The notes beneath the pieces were generated by a model. The model made no database searches, had not been told where the DNA came from, and worked only from the letters and a program-made list of their open reading frames with translations. The translations under genes and the position numbers were made by a program. Below are positions 18,103 to 27,528 of a stretch of 64,000 nt of DNA, one piece after another. This stretch comes from Dehalococcoidia bacterium (lineage in GTDB: Bacteria; Chloroflexota; Dehalococcoidia; Bin125). The stretch lies in contig OY820591.1 in assembly GCA_963555985.3 (NCBI GenBank), forward strand, positions 1,952,001 through 2,016,000, read 5' to 3'. Numbering within the stretch: position 1 is the first letter of the stretch; every line of letters starts with the position of its first letter.

Positions 18103-18903
18103 ATGGAGCGAACGATGCAGAGCAGAGCCGGGGGTTGGATGCGATTGGGGTTGCGCTGGTTGTTGCCGCTGGCAGGGGCGGCGGCGATTGGGGTGTTGGC
18201 GGTGACGCTGGTGAGCGCGCGTCCGCATGGGGAGGGCGGCGAGCGGCGCGGTCATGGGCATGGTCTTGGCGAGGAGATTGCGGAGTTGGTCGGAACCGAC
18301 TCGGCGACGCTGCGTGAGTCGCTGAAGGAAGGCCAAACGCTGGCGCAGATCGCGGAGTCGAACGGAGTGGATGCGCAAACGGTGATCGATGCGCTGGTTG
18401 GTACGGCCAACGAGCGCATTGCGGCGGCCGTCGAAGCGGGCAAGCTGAGCGAGGCTGAAGCTGAGCAGAAGCGCGTGGAGATCGAAGAGCGGGTGACGAC
18501 GTTCGTGCACGAGGGCGGCGGCTTCAAGTGGGGCAAGCACGGCAAGCTCGGTCACCACAAGTGGGGAGGGGGCGCGAAGCTGGCGGAACTGGCGGAGTTG
18601 GCCGGGACGGACGTGGACGGCCTCAAGACCGCGCTGGGGGAGGGTCAGACGCTGGCAGAGATCGCGGAGTCGAACGGAGTGGATCCGCAAACGGTGATCG
18701 CTGCGCTGGTTGAGGCGGCCCACGCTCGGATCGACGGGGCGGTCGCAGCGGGCAAGCTGAGTGAGGCGGAAGCGGAGAGCAAGAAGTCGGAGGCGGCGAG
18801 CGCGATCGAGGATTTGGTCAACCACGGATTCGACAAGTCGAAATTGCGTAGTTGGGGCAAGGGGCGCTGGGGCGGTCTGGGAGGGAGTGTCGAGCGCAGC
18901 TGA
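18103..18903 (+). CDS. secreted/membrane-anchored protein with duplicated helical domain and His/Gly-rich linkers
   Basis: N-terminal hydrophobic segment; two EGQTLA(Q/E)IAESNGVD...AGKLSEAEAE repeats. Confidence 0.75.
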   Translation: MERTMQSRAGGWMRLGLRWLLPLAGAAAIGVLAVTLVSARPHGEGGERRGHGHGLGEEIAELVGTDSATLRESLKEGQTLAQIAESNGVDAQTVIDALVGTANERIAAAVEAGKLSEAEAEQKRVEIEERVTTFVHEGGGFKWGKHGKLGHHKWGGGAKLAELAELAGTDVDGLKTALGEGQTLAEIAESNGVDPQTVIAALVEAAHARIDGAVAAGKLSEAEAESKKSEAASAIEDLVNHGFDKSKLRSWGKGRWGGLGGSVERS

Positions 18904-18925
18904 GGAGCGGTTGCCGGACGGCGAT

Positions 18926-18956
18926 GCGGGCGCCCGCGGGGGCGCCCGTTCTGCTT
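18926..18956 (+). terminator. probable intrinsic terminator
   Basis: GCGGGCGCCC-GCGG-GGGCGCCCGT followed by a pyrimidine-rich run. Confidence 0.55.
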
Positions 18957-19189
18957 CTCCGCGCGGACGCTGACGACGTTACGTTCATGATCGTGTCGTG
19001 AGGTGTTGCACGAGATATTCATCAAACAGGCATTGGCGTTAGTTTGTAATCATGATTTGCACACCGACAGGCGACGCGAGGATTGCGCGCTGGCGAGGAG
19101 TCGATTTGAACGCCCACAGCACTGCTCGCAGGTCTCGACCGCGCCGATTCTCCCCCCCCCGCAAGTCCTGGGGTCTTTGGGGACAGGGA

Positions 19190-20737
19190 ATGAGGCGGCG
19201 GGGGCCGGCGGTGCTGGCGCTGGGGTTGTTGACGCTGTTGCTGGCCGGGGCGCTGCTTCCCTCTGAGACCAAGGCCCAGTCGGTGCCTGACAAACCGACG
19301 ATCACGGCGGTTATTCCCGTTGGGGGCTGCATCATCGTGCGTTGGACACCTCCCGCCGACGACGGTGGCTCGGCAATCCTTCAGTACAAGATCGACGATC
19401 CCGGCGCTGGCGTCGGCGAAAAAACGGTCGGGAGCAGTGTTCGGGAGGTGAAGTGGGGCAACTCCGGCTGCACCTTGTTTGGTCATCTGGAGTTCGACAT
19501 GCGAGTCCAGGCGCGCAACGCGAATGGCTGGGGGTCTTGGTCCGACCCGGTCAGTTCGACTCCGGTCAAACCGACTGTGACGGCTTCCAACCAGGCACCG
19601 ACCTCCGCGACTATCTCCGTCACCAACTTGAGCAAGGCACCGTGGTGGTATCAGGGCGACCAGCCCGGTACCGTCTGTACCGCGGTTGCGAAGGGGACCA
19701 CCTCAGTCGATTTGACAGGCCTGAGCCCGTCTAACACCTACACCTACAGGGTCTTCTACGACGACGACTGCAATACAAATTCGGAGCTCAACAGCGCGAC
19801 CTTCACCACCTCGGACCCCACCGAGCCGGCCAAGCCGGATGCGCCCACGCTGACCGTCGGGGACCAACAGATCCGCGTCTCATGGTCTGCGCCGGAGAAC
19901 AACGGCTCGGCGATCACCGACTACGACGTGCGGTACTCGTCGGATGGCGGCTCAACCTGGACGGAGTGGAATGCGTCGGACGACGGGACGACGCGCAGCG
20001 CGACGATCACGGGCTTGACGAACGGCACGACCTATCAGGTGCAGGTACGGGCGACGAACACAATCGGCGTCAGCGACTGGTCGGTCTCAGCCACGGCTAC
20101 GCCGGCGCAGCCGCAGGCCGAAGTCCATTATGAGATCGTCCTTCGAGGGGCGGTGGAGCGGGCGTCGAACGAGGACGAACCGGAACCGTTGTCGCTGTAT
20201 TTTCCGACGCGGAGTCTGAGCGATTGCGAGGAGCCGGTCGACTCGGATTGCGGCTCGCTGACTTTCCCCGACGGCGTGTATGCGGGTCTGGACGAGGCGG
20301 TCTCGGAGACGGTGCGGGAGAACATCTGGGGTTCTTATGTGGTGACGGACGAGGTTGGGACGGCGCGGGATTGGGAGCGGCGCTTCCGGGTGTGGTTGGA
20401 TACGGATCGGCTGGGCTTCGAGCTTGAGGGTCGGCGCTATTTTGCGCTGCCGAGGCGGGCGGTGTTCGATTTGGACCTGTGGGTGATCTACTACATGGCG
20501 GAGCGGGGGATGAACAGCGTGCGGCTGGCGGAGCGTCCGTTCGAGCCGATGTTGACGGTGTGTTTGCCGCTGCCGTTGGGTCAGGCTGAGGCGAGCGTCG
20601 CGGTGTGGGATAAGCGGGAGTGGGGCTGGAGGTTGCTGGAGTCGGCGGTGAGCCTGGATGAGGAGCAGGTTTGCGGGTTGACTCCGTATGTGACGGTGTT
20701 CGGTTTGGTGGCGCCTGAGTTGTCGCAGGGGCCGTGA
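19190..20737 (+). CDS. secreted fibronectin type III repeat protein
   Basis: Signal peptide; VRWTPPADDGGSAILQY, VSWSAPENNGSAITDYDV, ITGLTNGTTYQVQVRA. Confidence 0.85.
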   Translation: MRRRGPAVLALGLLTLLLAGALLPSETKAQSVPDKPTITAVIPVGGCIIVRWTPPADDGGSAILQYKIDDPGAGVGEKTVGSSVREVKWGNSGCTLFGHLEFDMRVQARNANGWGSWSDPVSSTPVKPTVTASNQAPTSATISVTNLSKAPWWYQGDQPGTVCTAVAKGTTSVDLTGLSPSNTYTYRVFYDDDCNTNSELNSATFTTSDPTEPAKPDAPTLTVGDQQIRVSWSAPENNGSAITDYDVRYSSDGGSTWTEWNASDDGTTRSATITGLTNGTTYQVQVRATNTIGVSDWSVSATATPAQPQAEVHYEIVLRGAVERASNEDEPEPLSLYFPTRSLSDCEEPVDSDCGSLTFPDGVYAGLDEAVSETVRENIWGSYVVTDEVGTARDWERRFRVWLDTDRLGFELEGRRYFALPRRAVFDLDLWVIYYMAERGMNSVRLAERPFEPMLTVCLPLPLGQAEASVAVWDKREWGWRLLESAVSLDEEQVCGLTPYVTVFGLVAPELSQGP

Positions 20738-21071
20738 TTGGGGCGCATTGGGTGCTGTGAGGAGTGCGCTTCGTCGGACGGGGCCCCTCCGTTACTTCGT
20801 GAGATGTGGTGTAGCAGATAGCACGGCGGCGTTCTCACCCCCTCTGCCTTCGGCATCTCCCTCCCCGCCTGCGCGGGGACAGGCTCTCAAGGGGGAGATC
20901 GATTTTGGTCTACGTGCAGGTCTTCCAAAAGGGGAGGTTTTGGGAGTTAGCCGACGGCACCGTCGGTGGCGCGCCGGTCGTGTTCGCGACGACGGTACAG
21001 GTCATGGCGAGATACCCGCGGCAAGCGCGGGTATGACGGAGTATTGGGTGCGAGGAGGGGAGGTTTGGGGG

Positions 21072-23558
21072 TTAGCCGAGGGTTCCGGCGGCGGCTAGGC
21101 GGGTGATGTCGGTGTCGGTGTAGTGGAGGAGGTGTCGGAGGATGTGTTCGGTGTGTTCTCCCCAGAGGGGGGCGCGCTCGGTTTTGAGGCGCTGGTTGTC
21201 CCAGAGGATGGGTTCGTGCTGGATGTGGAGGCTGGGGCCTTCGGGGGATTGGGCGTGGTGATAGTTGGCGCGCATGGCGTGGTCTTGCTCGAAGAAGTCG
21301 CGCAGGCGCTCGACGGGGCTGGCGGGGAGGCCGGCGTTGAGCAGGAGTTGGGCGGCGCTCCACTCATCGTGTTGGCTCGACCAGCTAGAGATCGCGGCTT
21401 CGATTTCGTCTTCGGCGGCTTGGCGGCCGGAAAGCGTGGCGAAGTCGTCTCGCGCGGCAAGGTCGGCTCGTCCGATCACACGGCAGAGGGATCGCCATTC
21501 GTTGTCGCTGCGGCAGGCGAGCGCCAGCCAGCGATCCTCGCCGGCCGCGGGGAAGACTCCGTGCGGAGACATCCAGGGAGAGCGGTTGCCGATGCGGGGG
21601 CGTTCGGGGATGCCGTTGAGAGCTTCGAGCAGTTCGGTGTCGAGGAGGTGGGTGGCGGTTTCGTATTGCGCAACCTCGACGTAGCTGCCCTCGCCGCTGC
21701 GCTCTCGTTGCTCCAGGGCTGCCAGGACGGCGGCGGCGAGATAGTAGGGGACGGTGAAGTCGGTGTGGAGGGTACCGAGGCAGATGGGGGGTTGGTGTCC
21801 GAAGCCGGAGCGGTAGGCGAGGCCGCTCATGCCGACGATGCCGTTGCCGTAGGAGCGCCACTCGGCGCGGGGGCCTTCGATGCCCATGACGGCGACGTTG
21901 CAAAGGATGATGGCGGGGTTGATTTGGGAGAGCACGTCGTAGCCCACGCCCCAGCGGTCGAGGACGTAGGGGGTGTAGTTGGAGGTGACGACGTCGGCGG
22001 TTTCCGCCAGCCGGAGGATCGCTTCGATTCCCTCCTCCGTCTTGAGATTGAGGGTGCAGGAGAGTTTGTTGGCGCTGCAATCGTTGAAGACGCCGTTGGT
22101 GTTGAGGGAGAAGCGATCGGGCGGTTGGACACCGATATAGCGGATGGGGTCGAGGCGTCCCTCGGATTCGATTTTGATGACTTCGGCCCCGAGGTCGGCA
22201 AGGAGGCGGGTACCGAGTGGTCCGGCGATAGCCCAGCAGAAGTCGAGGATGCGGACGCCGGCGAGGGGTTGGCGTGGGGGTGGTTGGGGGACCCCCCTCT
22301 GCCGCTTCGCGGCATCTCCCCCCGCACTGCGGGGGGAGAGGGGAGCGTGCTTCGGGGCATCTTCGTCTGTAGTGCGGGGAGAGAGGGGAGCGGGCTTCGG
22401 GGCGTCTGTTGCTGTCGGGAGGGAGGTGAGGATTTCGTGGGTGTGTTCTCCGAGCATGGGGGCTCGTTTGGCTTGGGGTTGTTGGCCTCGTTGGCGGATG
22501 GGTGGGCGGGGGAAGGTGAGGGCCTGGTTGAGTTGAGGATGGTGGACTTCTTGGTAGAAGCCTCGGGCGCGGAGGTGGGGATCGTTGGCGACTTCTTCGA
22601 CGGTGTGGATGGGGAGGACGAGCAGGCTGCGGCGCTGGCCTTCGCTGGTGAGTTGTTCGAGGGTGAGGGTCTCGCAGAGGCGGACGACCCAGGGGCGGAT
22701 TTCTTGGTTGAAGTTGAGGTTGCGATAGCCCTCGTCGTCGAAGCGCGCTTCGTGGAGGACTGCGGCGTCTTCGAAGACGCGGTCGCACCAGTCGACGAAC
22801 TTGTACCAGTGGGGCGGGTGGATGGTGAAGGTGAGCCAGTGTCCGTCGGCGCTTTGGAAGGTGGCGCCGCTGCCGATGGGGGTGTGGCGGTCGGGGGAGT
22901 GGTTGTGCCAGGGGTGATAGTTGCCGTTGGCGGTCTGGAGGGTGGTGAAGGCGACGGCTTCCTGCATCCCGACCGTGACCCAGCCGGGGTCTCCGCCGCG
23001 GCGGCGTTGGGTGATCATGGCGAGGGCGGCTTCGGCGGCGACGAGTGAGATTTGCTTGTAGGCGAGGTTGCCGGCGGGCCAGAGGGGCGGGTCTTCGGGG
23101 AAGCCATTGAGGACGATGTGTCCGCCGGCCGCCATCGCGGTCAGGTCAGTCACTGGTTCAGGTTCGCGTTCGTTGCGTCGGAAGACGCAATCGACAACTG
23201 GGATTTGGTGTGTCCAGAGGCCGTCGCGTCCGCGTTGGAGCCAGTCGGCGAGCGCCGGCGCGGGCTGCAAGGGCGCGAGCAGGGCGTCGCAGCGGGGGAG
23301 CATGGTTTCGACGGTTTGCCAGGTGTCGGGGTCGTCGAGATCGACGGCGAGGGAGCGTTTGCCGGCGTTGTAGAGGAGGTGCGCCCAGCCGCGTTCGAGG
23401 CGGTCGGCGTCTGTGTCGAGGGCGGGTTCGCGTCGGCGGAGTTGGTCTCCGCGCTGATCTTCGATGCGGATGACGTCTGCGCCGAGGTCGGCGAGCAGGC
23501 GCGCGCCGAGGGCGAGCGGCTCGTCGGTGAGGTCGAGGATGCGGATGTGATTGAGCAT
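21072..23558 (-). CDS. tandem two-domain CaiB/BaiF CoA-transferase
   Basis: Two ILD..., RLLADLGA(D/E)VI(R/K)IE and APxxGEHT units. Confidence 0.9.
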   Translation of the reverse strand: MLNHIRILDLTDEPLALGARLLADLGADVIRIEDQRGDQLRRREPALDTDADRLERGWAHLLYNAGKRSLAVDLDDPDTWQTVETMLPRCDALLAPLQPAPALADWLQRGRDGLWTHQIPVVDCVFRRNEREPEPVTDLTAMAAGGHIVLNGFPEDPPLWPAGNLAYKQISLVAAEAALAMITQRRRGGDPGWVTVGMQEAVAFTTLQTANGNYHPWHNHSPDRHTPIGSGATFQSADGHWLTFTIHPPHWYKFVDWCDRVFEDAAVLHEARFDDEGYRNLNFNQEIRPWVVRLCETLTLEQLTSEGQRRSLLVLPIHTVEEVANDPHLRARGFYQEVHHPQLNQALTFPRPPIRQRGQQPQAKRAPMLGEHTHEILTSLPTATDAPKPAPLSPRTTDEDAPKHAPLSPRSAGGDAAKRQRGVPQPPPRQPLAGVRILDFCWAIAGPLGTRLLADLGAEVIKIESEGRLDPIRYIGVQPPDRFSLNTNGVFNDCSANKLSCTLNLKTEEGIEAILRLAETADVVTSNYTPYVLDRWGVGYDVLSQINPAIILCNVAVMGIEGPRAEWRSYGNGIVGMSGLAYRSGFGHQPPICLGTLHTDFTVPYYLAAAVLAALEQRERSGEGSYVEVAQYETATHLLDTELLEALNGIPERPRIGNRSPWMSPHGVFPAAGEDRWLALACRSDNEWRSLCRVIGRADLAARDDFATLSGRQAAEDEIEAAISSWSSQHDEWSAAQLLLNAGLPASPVERLRDFFEQDHAMRANYHHAQSPEGPSLHIQHEPILWDNQRLKTERAPLWGEHTEHILRHLLHYTDTDITRLAAAGTLG

Positions 23559-23785
23559 TGGGGGAGGATAGCGGTGGGTGTTGCGGGGGCTGGTTGGGTT
23601 TGGAGTGGATTGTGGCGTGCGGGACCCCCTCTGTCCCCCCGCCTTCGCGGGGGCAGTCGCTGGGGGACATCTGCTCTTGTGGTGTGGGGAGAGTGATTGA
23701 GAATGTCTGTGTGATGTAGATTACATTTGTGGAATTTGAGTTCTCTGGGCGTCTTGGGTAAGTTTGGGTTTCCGAGCACGACTGC

Positions 23786-23854
23786 TGCGCGCCTCCGAGC
23801 GCCGAACGGACAGAGACCGTCGGCGCTCGCAGTGTTTTGAAGGAGGCGCGTATG
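23786..23854 (+). promoter_or_regulatory. RBS-sequestering leader structure of the capsid operon
   Basis: TGCGCGCCTCC (23786-23796) pairs with GGAGGCGCGTA (23842-23852) and encloses a GAGCGCCG/CGGCGCTC hairpin. Confidence 0.6.
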
Positions 23855-24262
23855 CAGACTGATGAGCCCACCCCCGCCGAGTCTCCGCCGGAGCCCTCGG
23901 AGACGGGCGTACTGGCGATCCGTGAAGCGATCCTCGAGGCGATTGGCGAGCTCTCGCAGGAGGAGCGCGAGCGCTTGACCGCGTCCGAGCAGCCGCAAGA
24001 GACCGTTCGCGTCTGGCGCGAACTGATCGCGGAGCGGGCGGCGCGGGAGCGCGAACAATCGCTGCGGCGTGAGTTGCAGAGCGAGACTCTGGCGGCTCAG
24101 CCCCAACCAACTCGAGGACTGCATACCGCTGTCGCCCCGGCCGCTGCGCCGGACACGGTCGAACAGTGGACGAATTGGATCCGGGGGATTGAGGACTCCT
24201 CGGAGCAGGCGCGACGGCGGGCCGACTTCGCGGCCTGGCTCGCCAGCCACCCCGAGGCCTGA
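23852..24262 (+). CDS. putative capsid scaffolding protein
   Basis: Acidic, helical 136-aa protein with a Pro/Ala linker directly upstream of the capsid gene; AAGGAGG RBS. Confidence 0.55.
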   Translation: MQTDEPTPAESPPEPSETGVLAIREAILEAIGELSQEERERLTASEQPQETVRVWRELIAERAAREREQSLRRELQSETLAAQPQPTRGLHTAVAPAAAPDTVEQWTNWIRGIEDSSEQARRRADFAAWLASHPEA

Positions 24263-24339
24263 GCGCAGCCTTTGGCCTCTTGCGCGCCGAGTGCGCCGAA
24301 CTTTTCTCACCACGAAGCAGGCAACGAATGGAGAACTTG

Positions 24340-25221
24340 ATGCCTGACACGCTCTCGACGCATGTCGAGTCCGCGAGCAACGAGATCATCGAGCGCACGA
24401 TCGCGCAGATGCCGCAGTCGGCCCCGATGCTCTCGCTGGCGCACAAGGTGACGATCCCGAAGGGATCGAACAAGGCGGAACTGCCCCGGGTGACCAGCGT
24501 CAGCGCCGTGCAGACGCCGGCGGAAGACGCGGAACTGAGCACGCGCTCCCGCTTCACTCTCGGGAGCAAGACGATTACGCCTACCTTCCGCGCGATCCAG
24601 GTGCGGATTCACACCCGCGCGATCAACTACTCGCGCGAAGACTTGGTTCGTCTGGTCTCGAGCGAGATGGCGCTCTCGCAGGGACAGGACATCGACACCG
24701 ATCTGCTCGGCGAGTTCGCCAACTGGCACACGGACAACGATGTCGGCACGACGAACGTGGCTCTCAAGCTCGCCGAACTACGCAAAGCGCGGCGGTTCTT
24801 GCAGTCGGTGCCCCGGGCCAAGGGCGGGCCGCCGCGCGGCGATGTGGTCGCGGTGCTATCTCCGCTGGTGGCGGAACAGTTGCTGACCGAGCTCGGCGCG
24901 CGCGGCGTGGGCGCGGGCAGCCACTACATCCCCCACGGCATCTCCGAGCAGATGATCCGGCGGTTTCACGTCTCCGAGATCTCGCTGATGGGCGCCTCCG
25001 TGTTCGTGGACGGCTACATGACGACGGACAACGCGGGCGACTACATCTGCTCGATGTTCGGGCGTGAAGCGCTGGTCTGGGCCTGTTCGATGGACTGGGA
25101 TCTCTCTGTCTTCGAGGTGCCCGAATGGCCCGGCAAGGTGCTGCGCTCGCTTGCCGACTACGAAGCCGCGATCGGCGGTTATCCCCACCACGGCTGTCAG
25201 ATCACTGCGGACGGAGAGTGA
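24340..25221 (+). CDS. major capsid protein, HK97 fold
   Basis: APMLSLAHKVTIP...AELPRV...AEDAEL...TITP...spine helix DLVRLVSSEMALSQGQDIDTDLL; 293 aa. Confidence 0.8.
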   Translation: MPDTLSTHVESASNEIIERTIAQMPQSAPMLSLAHKVTIPKGSNKAELPRVTSVSAVQTPAEDAELSTRSRFTLGSKTITPTFRAIQVRIHTRAINYSREDLVRLVSSEMALSQGQDIDTDLLGEFANWHTDNDVGTTNVALKLAELRKARRFLQSVPRAKGGPPRGDVVAVLSPLVAEQLLTELGARGVGAGSHYIPHGISEQMIRRFHVSEISLMGASVFVDGYMTTDNAGDYICSMFGREALVWACSMDWDLSVFEVPEWPGKVLRSLADYEAAIGGYPHHGCQITADGE

Positions 25222-25223
25222 TC

Positions 25224-25541
25224 ATGCCGCTCGACGAACGCGGCCTCTACGCCCCGGCCGACTTCTCCGCCCTGCGCTCGCGCCGCTTCGCCGCGCCCCA
25301 GGTTGCTGCCGGACTGCGAGTCCAGCACGGCTGCCTGCGGGAGCCGAAGCAGACTCGGCAAGGACGCGAGTATCTGGGCCGCAACCACCATCTCCTCGGC
25401 CAGGGTTTTCACGACTCACGCGAAGCGGAGCGGCTGCTGCTGGAGGCCGCTGCGCAGGAGGGTCTGCCCCACGACTCCGTCGAGATCGAGGCGCGGCCTT
25501 GGCTGGAGACCGAGATCAATGCCGGCGCGGACCCGAGCTGA
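25224..25541 (+). CDS. hypothetical protein, capsid operon
   Basis: ATG 2 nt after the capsid stop; GGAGAG RBS. Confidence 0.6.
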   Translation: MPLDERGLYAPADFSALRSRRFAAPQVAAGLRVQHGCLREPKQTRQGREYLGRNHHLLGQGFHDSREAERLLLEAAAQEGLPHDSVEIEARPWLETEINAGADPS

Positions 25542-25597
25542 ACGCACTCGGCTCCCGCGCCGGCGCGACCACCAGAGACAGGAAAGGAAACCGAACG

Positions 25598-25960
25598 ATG
25601 AACGAACGCAGCCACAGCTCCGACTCGCAGCCGACCGGCTCGGTCTGGAGCGTCTACCCGTTCCCCCTGGACAGGGGCGAGCGTCCGCTGATCTTCACCC
25701 ACGAGCAGTACCGCAGCCTGCGCACCGATGGGCGGCTGGACGAATACGACATCCTCATGCTGCAGCCCAGCCTGGAGCTTGAGCCGGGTGAGCGCGAGCC
25801 GGACGAGGACAAGCGCTGGCAGCCGGTCGCGGCCAGGAAGTACCTCAAGTACCGAGCATTGGAGTGGCGCGAAGCGGACCAAATCTCGGACCTGCCTGAG
25901 CGCTGGCAGGATCGGGCCGAGCAACTGGAAACGCTGATCGCGGAGCGCAGCTGGGACTGA
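25598..25960 (+). CDS. hypothetical protein, capsid operon
   Basis: GGAAAGGA RBS; protein-like composition from MNERSHS. Confidence 0.6.
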   Translation: MNERSHSSDSQPTGSVWSVYPFPLDRGERPLIFTHEQYRSLRTDGRLDEYDILMLQPSLELEPGEREPDEDKRWQPVAARKYLKYRALEWREADQISDLPERWQDRAEQLETLIAERSWD

Positions 25961-26013
25961 TCCGCTCGGAGCAGCACCAGCGCGCTGAGGAGCAATGCAG
26001 AACGGAGTGAGAC

Positions 26014-26256
26014 ATGACCGAACAGCGAGCAACGGCCGACCAGCCGCCTCCCGCGTGCGCGCGCGGGGCGGCTGGCGGTCCCGCCAACTGCGAGTGCGCC
26101 TCGACCGGCGCGCTCTGGCAGTATCTGCGCCGGATTGAAGGCGGACTCGACCAGATCGAGTCCCGGATCGACCGGCTCTACGTCGCGATCGGGGGCGGGA
26201 CTGTGTTGTTGGCGGCGATCAGTTTCGGAGCGGCGTTTATCGCTCGCGGGGGCTGA
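26014..26256 (+). CDS. small coiled-coil plus C-terminal TM protein (XhlA-like architecture)
   Basis: LRRIEGGLDQIESRIDRL followed by a hydrophobic helix; GGAG RBS. Confidence 0.55.
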   Translation: MTEQRATADQPPPACARGAAGGPANCECASTGALWQYLRRIEGGLDQIESRIDRLYVAIGGGTVLLAAISFGAAFIARGG

Positions 26257-26391
26257 GGGGGTGAGACGTGACGTGGCAGACGGGACCGCGGCGTTTTCAC
26301 CCCCTCTGCCCCCCCGCCTTCGCGGGGGCAGGCTCTTTGGGGCATCTCCCCCTCGAGAGACTTTCGCAACACTCCCCGAACTCCACGCTTC

Positions 26392-26466
26392 GTCATTCCT
26401 GTGAACGCAGGAATCCAGGCGCCACTCGATACGCCGCATGGATTCCCGCCTGCGCGGGAATGACGG
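26392..26466. repeat. dRS3-like repeat pair (ATTCC-N-GGAAT), uninterrupted copy
   Basis: GTCATTCCTGTGAACGCAGGAATCC...GGATTCCCGCCTGCGCGGGAATGAC. Confidence 0.75.
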
Positions 26467-26554
26467 ATATGGGGGTTTGCGACGGTCTCTCGAGGGGCAG
26501 ATTGATCGGGAGTTGAGCATCGGATGTTCCGGTGCAACGGATTGGAGGCTTCGG

Positions 26555-26788
26555 ATGGCGGAGATAGTGAATTCGGGGCGCGGGGAGCGGCCGCTTTGGC
26601 TTCCTCGCGGGAGTGTTCGGGCGCTGATTGCGTTGGGTGTGATTGGCGTTTGGGCGGTTTTGGAGACGGGCGTGTTTGGGCCTGGGGAGGCCTCGGACGC
26701 GGTGCGCTCGATGGCGGTCGCGGTGGCGGCGGGCTACGGGGTGCTGCGCGAACGTGATCGTCGGTTGCAGGAAGGGAGCGGAGTATGA
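26555..26788 (+). CDS. putative holin
   Basis: 77 aa, two hydrophobic segments, PLWLPRGSVRALIAL, basic C-terminus; overlaps the amidase start (ATGA). Confidence 0.6.
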   Translation: MAEIVNSGRGERPLWLPRGSVRALIALGVIGVWAVLETGVFGPGEASDAVRSMAVAVAAGYGVLRERDRRLQEGSGV

Positions 26789-27501
26789 GCAGCACCAGCA
26801 CGAGGGTCCGGCCGGCGCCGGATTTGAGCGGGATTCGGGGTTTGCCGGAGGGTGCGGCGACGATCTGGGCGCCTGCCCATCCGAGCAATTTCTACGCCGC
26901 TGGCTCGCCGGACCCGAAGCGGGGCGGCAGCGCTCCCTACCGGGGCGCGCCGCGCCGTATGGTAGCCATCTGCTACCACACGCCGGAGGAACCCTGGGAC
27001 GACCGCGAGACGACGCCGGAGTGGTTCGCCAATCCCCAGGCGAACGCCTCCACGGGCTACTACGCGGACAGCGACGGCGACCTGTACCAAATGGTGCGGG
27101 ACGCCGATTTCGCCTGGGCGCAGGGAGTGCGGACAGCGCAGCTGGTGCTGCCGCGGCCGCTCTGGTGGCGTGACGAATACGTCTCCTACAACACCTGCAT
27201 GGCCTCAATCGAGATCGAGGGCTACGCGGATCGGATCGGGGAGACGTTCACGGTCGGCAGCCGCCAATTCGCCTCGGTGGTGGCCTGGTCGGCCTATATC
27301 TGCCGGAAGTACGGGATTCCGCCGGAGCGGGCGTATCACCTCGGCCACTCGGAGTTGACGCAGCGCAAGCACGACCCGGGCCCGGCCTTTCCCTGGGAAC
27401 CGTTGCTGGCGGCGGTGGCGGCGCAGCTGGCGCTGGCGGAGCGGCCGCTGGAGGCGCGCGTGTTGGAGTTGGAGCGGCGCGTGTCTGTACTGGAGCGGTG
27501 A
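26785..27501 (+). CDS. N-acetylmuramoyl-L-alanine amidase (Amidase_2, endolysin-like)
   Basis: ICYHTPE, ASTGYY, AWAQG, SIEIEG, GHSEL, KHDPGPAFPW; no signal peptide. Confidence 0.88.
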   Translation: MSSTSTRVRPAPDLSGIRGLPEGAATIWAPAHPSNFYAAGSPDPKRGGSAPYRGAPRRMVAICYHTPEEPWDDRETTPEWFANPQANASTGYYADSDGDLYQMVRDADFAWAQGVRTAQLVLPRPLWWRDEYVSYNTCMASIEIEGYADRIGETFTVGSRQFASVVAWSAYICRKYGIPPERAYHLGHSELTQRKHDPGPAFPWEPLLAAVAAQLALAERPLEARVLELERRVSVLER

Positions 27502-27528
27502 TGCACTGAGGCGAGATGATCGGCTAAT

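Noticed and set aside
19152-19160. C9 tract before the Fn3 gene as a phase-variation switch
   Set aside because: It is upstream of the likely start (19190), and C/G runs are common in this sequence
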